A stretch of DNA of 64,000 bases from the human T2T-CHM13v2.0 reference genome, Homo sapiens: the NCBI RefSeq assembly GCF_009914755.1, contig NC_060948.1; one strand, written 5' to 3'. Positions 40,901 to 51,015 of this stretch are shown here, piece by piece. The stretch's first letter is position 1. Each line of letters starts with the position of its first letter. Below the pieces are notes generated by a model. It had not been told where the DNA came from. It did no database searches and saw nothing but the letters and a program-made list of their open reading frames with translations. The position numbers were made by a program, and so were the translations under genes.

Positions 40901-43579
40901 AGTAGGTACAATGAGACCCCAGATCATTTCTGAAGCTGCTACAGTAAAACTATGGATCTGGACTGAAACAGGCACAATCCACCCCTGGACTCAAGGTAAA
41001 ACTAATACGATCCTTGTCTGATACACTACTGTATCAGGCTGAAATGCAGGCAGTGAAATGCTTGACCATGCCTGACATTAATACTCTGAGTGCTGGGTTT
41101 CAGACCCAAAACAGTGTAAGAAGAAATGGTACTCAACTTTATTCTCACAGAGTTACTACCCGGATGAAGCCAGAATGGCAAATAATCCAACCATTGAACC
41201 AATCTGAAAAGAATGCAGTCAGACCCTGGACCCAGTCTGAAGGTGATGTTCTGCAACCTTGGATCTATGCTGAAACCAATACAGTCAGACTCTGGGCCCA
41301 TTCTGAAACTGATAAAATAAAACAATGGACTGAGCCTGAATCTCAAGCAATTAGGACCTGACCTGAGGCAGGTATGTTGACAAGTTGGTCCCCAGCTCAA
41401 AGCGCTGCAGTTTGGACCTGGACCAAATTTGAATCTCAAATGACACACTTCTGGACCCAGAATCAAATTAGCATAAATTACCCTTGGGCTCAGCATGTAC
41501 CTGCTACAATCATACAATAGACTTATTCTGAAATTCATCCCTGGACCCACTCTGAAGCCAATACAGTGATAAGATACTGGTTCCAGATTCGAATTCAATA
41601 AGATCTTGGAACCAACCTGAAACTGAAGTATTCCAAATTTGGACTGTAAGTCAAGAAATGAAACCCTGCAACATGACTGAAATTGATACAGTCACATCTT
41701 GCTTATAGACTCAATGTGATACAGTTAGAACCTGGATTCATCCTGAAAGTTAGCTGCTCTCTCCCTGGCCCCAGACTGAAGTTGGTATATTTTGGCCCTA
41801 GACTCAGCAAAGAGTTGCTACATATCCAACCTGGACCCACCTGAAACCCAAGCAGTGAGATCCTGGATCAAGCAGGAAACTGATATAGTCAGATCTTCAT
41901 TTTACATTCACATGAATAAAGGCAGATCATGGGCTTATTCAAAATCTCAAAGAGTCAGTCCCTGGATCCAGCTGGTAGTTGATATAATTCCATCTTTTAT
42001 CCAGTCTGAATCCTTCCTACTAAGATTCTGGCCCAAGGTTCCATCTCCAGTAGTCAAAACATGGACCTTGCTTATGGGAAGAACACTCATATCTTGGATA
42101 CTGCCTGTAACCTAAGCAGACAGACACTGGATCCAGTCTGAAGCTGATATTATTGAATCCTTTGGTGTTTTTAAAGCTGGCATAGTAAGAACCTGGATCC
42201 AGCCTGAAACAGAAATACTAAGACCCAGAACCCATTATAAGGCTGATATAAGTGCATAGTTTTCTCCTCCTGAAATTGAGTCTGAGAGACACTATTAATG
42301 AGTCATTTTGGCTGCTTGTCTAAACGTGCACTCTTTTTGCCTGTAAAAAACTGTTTCTTTCCCAGATCAGTATTTTATCTCTCTGTTAACTGAGATAACT
42401 GCCTCAGAAAGCCAATATGAAATCAATTATCTCCAACCAAGCCAGCTTACAAGCATTTGGCTTCCTGGAAGAGCTGTTTACCAGCACTAAAGCAGGAAAT
42501 TAAAAATTATCCAAATAAAACAATGCCCTGATGTCCCAGGTACCTCTCTTATCTCTCTTTCTTCCTCCATTTTCCTTCCTCTTTCTTATTCTCTTCCATC
42601 TCCATGTACACTGTGCCCTTCTTGTTCCGTCTTTTCTTCTGGTACATTCCCTTCATTCTTCATTTTCCCATCTTGTTCAGTTATTTCTCCTCTTGTCTCC
42701 TCTCCTATTCTCCTTTCCATAGCCTCTTCTGCTAACGCCCTTCAGAAAATATTTTCCTCAACATTTCCTGAAGAGTCCATTCTTTCTCATTCTTTTTCAT
42801 TCTTGCATGCTGCTGCAGCCACACTTTTAACAAAATAACCTCATCTGATGCCTGGACAATCTGGACCCAAGTCTGAACAACAACCTCTTAGGCATTCAGA
42901 ACTCAAATGTTTCCCTGGTTGAGTGTCAACTAGCTGTGATCTGGAAAGAAAGTTTGCAGGCTTTCTGGCTCTTCAGAATAGTTGTTATTTCTCATGAAAC
43001 CACAGGCACCTTTGGTCTAGTCATATGTTTAAGTTATTATACCTGGTACAAAGACTCTTGTTGAACCCTAAAACCACAGTTTGTAAGATCAGAGGTTATG
43101 TCCTCAAACCTTTGCAAAACCAAAATTTATGTTATTGTATGAATCAGCACAGACATCCCAATATTGAGAGAATATCTTATTTTTGCCAGACAGGATTTGT
43201 GGGCTATGTTTTATAAACACAATTCTATTCAGAGAACAGTATTTTAAAGATAGTCTTACTTCTTAGAAAGGATTTATTATTCCACTTGAGGTATATAAAT
43301 ATATACACACATTATTGGATAATAGTATAATATCTTGGATATAAATAATAAGATATATATTTATATATACATTAAATTATTATTTGAAGGAAAAGCATGC
43401 AGATAACCTCTGTAGTATATCTAAACTTGTAGGATGAATAATGTATATTTCCAAGGATTTTCTCAGATTGAAGATACTGAATTTCCAAGCTTATTCCTAA
43501 AAACCTAAAATTAGATTTTAGAAATGGAAGAGTAGTAACACTAATCTCACTCTATTCCATATGTATATTCCTTCTGCAG

Positions 43580-43744
43580 AGTGTGGATTATGCCCTGGCA
43601 ATGTCACCCTCTGTCCCAACTGCTGGGAGTCAGAAATTGGTGAATTCCCTTGGATAGTTGCTGTACCACTTTCTCTCATGTCTGTGCTGGCTCCATACTA
43701 AATGAACAGTGGTTCCTTACTACAGCTAGATGTGCCAATTTTAT
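43580..43744 (+). pseudogene. Protease-like exon (N-terminus of domain B)
   Basis: ctgcag|ECGLCPGNVTLCPNCWESEIGEFPWIVAVPLS, a frameshift, then HVCAGSILNEQWFLTTARCANF|gtgagt. Confidence 0.88.
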
Positions 43745-43834
43745 GTGAGTCTAAGTAATTCATCTTAAGATTAAGATATAATTATAAAACAATAACAACA
43801 TTGAGATTATAAATGAATATATTTCCCTTTATTT

Positions 43835-43840
43835 GTGTGT

Positions 43841-43879
<39 letters not shown>

Positions 43880-44095
43880 AAAGACAGAGAGAAAGATAGA
43901 TAGAGACAGGGTCTTGCTCTGTTGCCCAGGCTGGAGTTCTGTGGCATGATTCAGAGTAGCCTCAAACTACCAAGATTAAGGAATTCTCCTACCTCTGCCT
44001 CCTGAGTACCTGGGACCACAGGCACACACCAATGCATCTGGCTATTTTTTTCAGCAGAATTAAAGTCTTATCATGTTGCCCACCTGTTCTCAAAT
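43835..44095 (-). mobile_element. (GT)n/(GA)n tail plus truncated old Alu
   Basis: gagacagggtcttgctctgttgcccaggctggag...; the Alu breaks off near 44095. Confidence 0.8.
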
Positions 44096-44109
44096 AATCC
44101 TTGAAAATA

Positions 44110-44316
44110 GTTTCTAGAGGAGTATTTGTATTTTAGTGCTTTCCTTTTCTGGCTCCAAGGAGTGACATGACCTAGCCATGGACCCTGGCAACACCAAGGG
44201 CCCATGACTACTTCTGCTTCCATGTCCCTTTCAGTCTACTTCTACAAATGCTTCAGCTTTTATCCCCACTCCCACTTCAATGTGGCCACATTTCATCTCT
44301 CTGCCACAGCCTCAGA
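44110..44316 (+). pseudogene. Remnant exon: end of domain B plus S/T/P linker
   Basis: FSAFLFWLQGVT*PSHGPWQHQGPMTTSASMSLS, a frameshift, then STSTNASAFIPTPTSMWPHFISLPQPQ|gtaagg. Phase 1 matches the next exon. The 5' end is not identifiable. Confidence 0.55.
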
Positions 44317-45733
44317 GTAAGGCTCAAAAACCTGGTAGGACAAGTAAAGGAAGAAGAAAATGGAAATATAAAATAATAGAGAGAAGGAAATGGGAGCTAA
44401 AGCTCTTCCTGAGAAATGCATGAGTTTTTTATCTACCAAATCATAGAAATTATTTTCTTTTTGGCTTACAAAGGCATCTCATACTTGATATATGATACAA
44501 TTCCCAGAGTATCCCCATAGATTACTCTGATATAGAACATATAACATGATTATTATACTTATCTTAAATGTATATTCTGATACTACATAAATACAATGGA
44601 CTGATCAAATTCCCATGGCAAAAGATGAACTGGGTTATCATTAAGACACACTCTCCTAATACAAAGACATTTCTTTACTACCACACAGAAGCTTACATTT
44701 GTAATAGAGTTATTTTAAATTAAGTATATTTTAAGTTAAAGATATGATATTTGGAAACAGCATAGTTGGTAAGTAATGAGATGTAGGTGACGGTGTACCA
44801 GACTGCATTACATTGGGATTATCAGTTTCTCCCTTCCCCTGGCTGCTAGAAAACCTACCAGAATATTAGCAATGGCTATTTCACATTACTGTCTATCCTC
44901 TTATTTTCTTGGAAATTGAGACATCTCTTTCGGTCTCATCAATTAAACATGCTCTTAACCACAGCTATTTTATACTTAACACCCATTGCCATAGCTACGG
45001 TGAATAATACATTTAAAACATAAAGGAGGCCATAATTATTTGCTCACATCCGCCAAAGTCTAATTCAGAGACAATTACATATAAGATCTTAGTTATGCTT
45101 CCAATTTCATCTCTAGTTGCTTACCCCTTCTATAGACAGATTATCTTCACCATTTTTCTCTCCCTATTTATATATTGATGAGTATATCTTCCACTCAATT
45201 TTCTGAGGAACTCTCAAATGATTTTAAAAATATGAGCTCTTTCCTGAAACTCAGACTTGAATTTTCTATTTAAAATATTGGTTTGGTATCTTACTAACAT
45301 TATAAGTTTATGAAGATAAGCCCTCTCCAATTTAGAGACAGGTGCTTTATCTCCAAATTTTTCATTATTTATCTAATATCTTCAAATCATTGCATTTTTT
45401 GTTGCCTATCTACTTCAGTGACTTCTAAGTAGCTAAAATCATAGATATATAAATGTTGCAATGGGGGAGAAAGCTGGAATGACTCCCAGTATTTTGATTA
45501 AATAAACTTAAGCTAGGACTTAAAGAAACTATGATCTTGGAAAGACAATAAGAGGCATACTTATTTTCAAGAAAAATTCATGAACACAGAAGAAGCAGAA
45601 GTTTGTCTTTGTTAGTCATATTTAACAATACTGACTCAAATAGCAGAAATAGGAGGATTTAAAACTTTAAAAAATGGTCTACAAATGGCAATTCTATTTA
45701 AATTAGCACAGTTAGCTTATTATTCCTCCTCAG

Positions 45734-45861
45734 CTTCAGCAGATCAGATTTCTCTTGAATACGCCATGCCTTGGAAGGCTGGGATCAACAGCTTTGGCAG
45801 TCATGTCTGCCATAGTTAGCAGCTCTTGGGTTCTCACAGCTGCCCACTATGTTAGCAACGT
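45734..45861 (+). pseudogene. Protease-like exon (N-terminus of domain C, His motif)
   Basis: cctcag|SADQISLEYAMPWKAGINSFGSHVC, a small deletion, then IVSSSWVLTAAHYVSN|gtaag. Confidence 0.85.
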
Positions 45862-46181
45862 GTAAGATTGTGCCTGCCTCTTCTCAACTGTATAACTCAT
45901 TATCCCATAATTACATTGCTGATGGTGTCTATGTCCAAATTCACTTCTATAATGCATGACCATCTCACTTATACAGATAACTTTTTTTAGGCTAAAAAGA
46001 AATTGTCTCACTGTGTTTGGCTTATAGTACCTCTGTTAGTTAATTCCTCTGCAATCCCATTGTCTATGGACTCTTTATTCATAGATTTCTGATTTCTCCG
46101 AAGATGAGCTAGGGACCTTGTGTATCATGACTAAAGCAATATACTGGAAAGCCTGATGTAGACTTAAGGTTGAGGTTTTCT

Positions 46182-46991
46182 TTTTTTTTAACTTTTTAAA
46201 TTATACCTTAAGTTCTAGGGTACATGTGCACAATATGCAGGTTTGTTATATATGTAAACATGTGCCATGTTGGTGTGCTGCACCCATTAACTCATCATTT
46301 ACTTTGGTATATCTCCTAACGCTATCCCTCCCCACTCCCCCCACCCCATGACAGGCCCTGGTGTGTGATGTTCCCCTTCTTGTGTCTAAGTGTTCTCATT
46401 GTTCAGTTCCTACCTATGAGTGAGAACATGTGGTGTTTGTTCTTTTTTCCTTGGGATAGTTTGCTGAGAATGATGGTTTCCAGCTTCATCCGTATCCCCA
46501 CAAAGGACATGAACTCATCCTTTTTTATGGCTGCATAGTATTCCATGGTGTATATATGCCACATTGTCTTAATCCAGTCTATCTTTGATGGACATTTGGG
46601 TTCATTCCAAGTTTTTGCTGTTGTGACTAGTGCCACAATGAACATATGTGTGTATATTTCTTTATAGCAGCAAGATTTATAATCTTTCATGTATAATCCC
46701 AGTAATGGGATGGCTGGGTCAAATGGTATTTCTAGTTCTAGATCCTGGAGGAATGAACAGACACTTCTCAAAAGAAGACATTTATGCAGCCAACAGACAC
46801 AGGAAAAAATGTTCATCATCACTGGCCATCAGAAAAATGCAAATCACAACCACAATGAGATACCATCTCACACCACTTAGAATGGCAATCATTTAAAAGT
46901 CAGGAAACAACAGATGCTGGAGAGGATGTGGAGAAATAGGAACGCCTTTACACACTGGTGGGACAGTAAACTAGTTCAACCATTGCGGAAG
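46182..46991 (-). mobile_element. Short L1PA with twin-priming inversion (switch at ~46750), intronic
   Basis: An antisense 3' UTR/ORF2 end is followed by a sense [10 protein letters not shown]...VQPL piece. TSD core aggttttct at 46173 and 46996. Confidence 0.9.
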
Positions 46992-47043
46992 TTTCAGGTT
47001 TTCTAAAGAATGTACTATAATAAATATTTGCCTATGCATACAG

Positions 47044-47291
47044 GAATCCTGAAGACACTGCTGTGATTCTGGGCCTGAGGCACCCTGGGGCACCAATGAG
47101 AGTTGTGAAGGTGTCTACCATTCTACTGCATGAGAGATGCCAGTTGGTGAATGGGGCAGCAAGGAATGACCTGGCATTGCTACTCCTCCAAGATGTCCAG
47201 ACTCCCATTTGGCTCTCAGCACCCTTGGGCTATCTGAAGAACCTGAATAGTTCAGAATGCTGGCTGTCTGTGCCACAGATTATTATACCAG
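47044..47291 (+). pseudogene. Protease-like exon (domain C, Asp motif), open frame
   Basis: catacag|NPEDTAVILGLRHPGAPMRVVKVSTILLHERCQLVNGAARNDLALLLLQDVQTPIWLSAPLGYLKNLNSSECWLSVPQIIIP-G|gtcag. Confidence 0.88.
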
Positions 47292-47734
47292 GTCAGCAGT
47301 GAGTTTTCTTATTAGGGTAGCAGTTCTACAAAATGAGGTTCATATTTTTAATATTATGGTTCAAGGAAGAAGTATGATCACAATTGTATAAATTACTAAT
47401 TATAAGATATTTAATGCACATAAAAAACCCAATAGGAAATTTGTTTTCATGTTATAAGTTGATGGTTCTGATGATAACTTCATAGGATTTTAGATCTGAA
47501 AACAATTATATGAGCATCTTTCTCTGTACAGTCAATTTTGTAAACTAAAGTAGAGATGATTTGCTTTCCAACTCTTTGCTGACTAAAAAAAAGGAAAAAG
47601 AAGTTTTTGTTTTGTTTTGTTTGTTTTTCTCTCTTTATGAAAAAGAAGCTGAACTTGACTTGGAATTTGGAATTCCGTAAGTAAAAATTTACTTATTACT
47701 TTTGAAGGGTGGCATTTAAAAAGTGATTAAAGAG

Positions 47735-48330
47735 TGACAATGCTGTCCACAGTGTCTCACTCCTGTAATTCCAGCACTTTGGGAGCTTGATCTAGGAGAA
47801 CCCTTTGGGCCCAGGAATGTGATACCCATTTGGGCAATGTAGCAAGACTTCATCACTAAACAACAACAACAAATAGCCTGTTGTGGTGTTGCACACATGT
47901 AGTCCCAGCTACATGGGAGGCTGAGACAGGAAGATAGCTTGAGACCTGGAGGTTGAGGCTGCAGTGTGTGAAGATGGTGGCAATGCACTCCAACTTTACG
48001 TGGGTGACCACGCAAGAACTTGTCTCAAAAAAAGGGGGCGCTACTGTGGTGGTTCATGCCTGTAATTCCAGTATTTTGGGAGGATGAGGCCAGTGAATCA
48101 CCTGAAGTCAGGAGTTTGAGACCAGTCTGACCAACATGGGGAAAACCCATCTCTACTAAAAATATGAAATTAGCTAGGAGTGGTGGTGTGTTCCTGTAAT
48201 CCCAGTTACCCAGGAGGCTGAGTCAGGAGAATTGCTTGAACCCAAGAGGCAGAGGTTGCAGTGAGATCAGGCCACTGCACTCGAGACTGAGTGACAGAGT
48301 GAAACACCATCCCCAACCCCCAAAAAAATC
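47735..48330 (+). mobile_element. Two tandem Alus (AluJ-like 47735-48032; AluS-like 48035-48330)
   Basis: Two consecutive two-arm Alu patterns. Confidence 0.85.
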
Positions 48331-48539
48331 AAGGACTAGAAAGCGAATGAAATACATAAACATGTCTTGTAAAATGGTAATGGTGACAAAATAAACTGAA
48401 TTTATTTGTATAGGTTATATGTACAAGTTTAAAGTAATGATGACACAGTGATAAGACAGTTCATGGTTTTATCTCAATACTTAGTGTTTAAATGTAACAT
48501 ATGTTCCTTAGGATGGTTATACTCCATTTTTCTTCCTAG

Positions 48540-48673
48540 GAGAGAATGATGAGTTTCTAGAAATGTTAAAGGTGCAAGTGATGGAAGCTTCCAGCTGTGC
48601 CCACCTGTACCCTGACATAGGCAGTTCCATTGTTTGCTTCATTACTCAGGCCAAAGACTCAAATGCAAATGTG
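48540..48673 (+). pseudogene. Protease-like exon (domain C), open frame
   Basis: ttcctag|ENDEFLEMLKVQVMEASSCAHLYPDIGSSIVCFITQAKDSNANV|gtacag. This is the C...C loop exon of trypsin genes (phase 1 in, phase 0 out). Confidence 0.82.
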
Positions 48674-49211
48674 GTACAGAGTCAAATGTTTTTTCTATCT
48701 ACATAATAGAAAATATAACTTTGTCCCTGTGTAAAAGGGTATACAGCATATGCTTAAATGAAAAATTTAAGTGAATCATTGATCAACAGGAAACCATTTT
48801 AAAAGTCTTTAATTACAGAAAAAAAATCTCTGAAAAAAATTTGTTGTTAATCTCTGAGTTTTCTTACATGGGTTGTTAATCTCTAGCCATACTAAATAGC
48901 TAGCATGCTGCACTTGAAACAAATTAGACATTATATATAATTCCCATATTCTAATAATAGTATCTTCACACCTCAAAGTTGAAAACAGTCTAACCTTTTC
49001 CTATTTCCCCAATTAAATAACTTTTTAAGGCTTAATCCTCTGATTTTTTTGTAGTAATATTTTTGAATGTATTTGATCAGGATGATTTTCTTGTGTACTT
49101 ATCTGATGTCTCACTTTCTTCTAAATACATATTTTATTATCCATTTATTAGATCTAAGTTTAAGATGTTGGAACAGGAATTTAAATCCAAATTCTGCATT
49201 TGAATTTACAG

Positions 49212-49603
49212 GAATCAGTGAGTCCAGGAAGTGCCATTATGTGCAGACCAATATCTGGCAATGGCAGTTGGAGACATATAGGCTTCAATAGTCTCAAAGC
49301 CCTAGCTACTACAGTGAGTTCACACTTCTCCTGGATCTTATCTACTTCAGCAAAAGAAGGCCACCCACTAAACCAGGCCCTTATGCCTTGAGCGCAAACT
49401 CCTAAGTCCTCTAGTCTCCTTAAACAGCCAACCACACTGCCACTTTCTTCAATAATAATTACTGCAGCCCTGAGACTTTGGTAGCCTAGTGACTATAACT
49501 AGTGATGCTACAGTCTGCTCACAGTATGATAAAACACCAGAACAACAAAAACAAAATATTGACTTAAGCCTCCTAAAATATCTCTAAATATACCTTCAAT
49601 AAA
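49212..49603 (+). pseudogene. Terminal exon (end of domain C, 3' UTR and poly(A) signal)
   Basis: ttacag|ESVSPGSAIMCRPISGNGSWRHIGFNSLKALATTVSSHFSWI... TGA at 49389 is possibly premature, with the next in-frame TAG at 49482. AATAAA at 49598-49603. Confidence 0.8.
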
Positions 49604-50079
49604 TATGCTTTTTCTACATAACAACTGCTTTCTACTTACTTCCTGAACTAATGCTTGGCCTTGGATTGTTTTCATTCTTCAGATTGATTCAGAAGTGTCT
49701 ATTTAACATGAAAGTGAATACAGAATTTCATGTGTCAGCAAATAAAAATTTCAAAATGATGCAAAATACAAATGTGAAATTGAATTTGTGAACTTTACTA
49801 TGCTTTCAAATTATGTATTCATACCTACCCACTCACACAATTTTTTATAACTATCTGCATGTTCTCCTCAGGTGGGAGAAAAACAGCATCAGAATTCTTG
49901 AATAATTTATGAAAGACAGAATGACGACACTATACAAGGTTTAACCTATTCACAATACTGTAGTGAATGAAAACATTACATTTAAAATCCTACCAAGTGT
50001 TGAGTAAGTAAATAAAATATGTGATTTCAATCACTCTAAAATATGTGTACATGAAGAAAATAGAACAATGATTAAAACC

Positions 50080-50547
50080 TCAGCATAACCAGGCGACTTT
50101 TCTCCCACGCGCCGGCCTGGACCCACTTTCCCCAGGCCACTCCCGCTGCCCTCGCCCCAGCAGCCAGAGAATTCTCCGGATCTGCAATATTCCGTACCAT
50201 CTACCTGGCTTGCGTAATGAAGTGAGACGTTTCATGTGTTCCTTGTGGGTCAATGGCTTGCCACACTCAGGATGTCAGTTAGGGCACAGGGCTCACATGC
50301 CAACATTTCCAAAGGTCACGCAGCCCGCGTGTGCCTGGATGCAGCGCTACCTGGCACTAGCTCTGAGGGCTTCTCAGAGTAGGCTTCCCCCGGGAGGCTG
50401 GGACTGCAGGCCAGCCTTGGTTGGTGCCGCCCAGGGAGATGCGCACCGCCTCGCACTGATTGGCCGCAGGGGGAGGCTGGCGGTCTTGGCGCGGCTCCAG
50501 GTGCCCTTTGAGTGCAGTCCGTTAGGTGGCGCCTGGAAGCCAGGTGC
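50080..50547 (+). promoter_or_regulatory. GC/CpG-richer TSPY upstream region
   Basis: GC and CpG content rises abruptly just 5' of the TSPY ATG. An inverted CCAAT (ctgattggcc) lies at ~50457. Confidence 0.55.
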
Positions 50548-51015
50548 ATGCGCCCTGAGGGCCCGCCCACCCACAGGCTACAGAAAGGGCAGCGCAGGGT
50601 TCCTGTGCTATGGGTCGGGCTGCACAGGCGGTGGTCTATGGGAGTCCGGAGAAGGACACCGTCTTCAGGGTGCACCGTCTTCACTCTGCCCGAGGCGCAG
50701 AGGGAGGAGGCAACCTTGAAGCAGGAGACAGTGCTGGTGTTGGATGACATAATGGCGGAGGTGGGGGTGATGGCCGAGGAGGAGGCCCTCGTGGAGCGGC
50801 AGAAGGACCAGCGGGCACAGCCTGGCCCTGGGCCCATGACCCCAGAGTCTGCACTGGAGGAGCTGCTGGCCGTTCGGGTGGGGCTGGAGCTGGTTAATGC
50901 CCAAGCCAGGAAGGCCTTTTCTCGGCAGCGGGAAAAGATGGAGCGGAGGTGCAAGCCCCACCTGGACCGCAGAGGGGCCATCATCCAGAGCATCCCTGGC
51001 TTCTGGGCCAATGTT
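50548..51015 (+). pseudogene. TSPY: TSPY-family exon 1 only (truncated pseudogene)
   Basis: MRPEG...LDDIMAEV...[18 protein letters not shown]...[41 protein letters not shown]|gtatcc. No downstream NAP-domain exons were found. Confidence 0.95.

Larger units (their letters stand above)
32964..43005 (+). pseudogene. Giant exon: C-terminal trypsin-domain segment, degenerate 11/22-aa PWTQ repeats, then a Ser-rich tail
   Basis: Plus-strand ORF fragments from 34468 to 42115 all show PWTQxE-type repeats. The exon ends ...LAVIWKESLQAFWLFRIVVISHETT-G|gcacc (GC or decayed donor, phase 1). The 5' boundary is approximate. Confidence 0.75.
32964..49603 (+). pseudogene. PRSSLY: PRSSLY-like multi-domain serine-protease-like pseudogene (giant repeat exon plus six downstream exons/remnants)
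   Basis: Trypsin-family motifs GEFPW, CAGSILNEQW, WVLTAAH, NDLALL and ECWLS lie in phase-compatible exons downstream of a ~8 kb (insertions removed) W-T-Q repeat exon with many stops and frameshifts. It sits between RBMY and TSPY relics. The name rests on the recalled PRSSLY architecture (Y-linked, giant exon, PRSS55-related). Confidence 0.8.

Noticed and set aside
38171-41598. Minus-strand ORFs of 135-190 aa
   Set aside because: They are antisense shadows of the PWTQ repeat; splice sites and protease exons define the + strand.
50210-51011. 231-aa minus-strand ORF and other overlapping ORFs
   Set aside because: They are shadow frames of the GC-rich TSPY exon 1.
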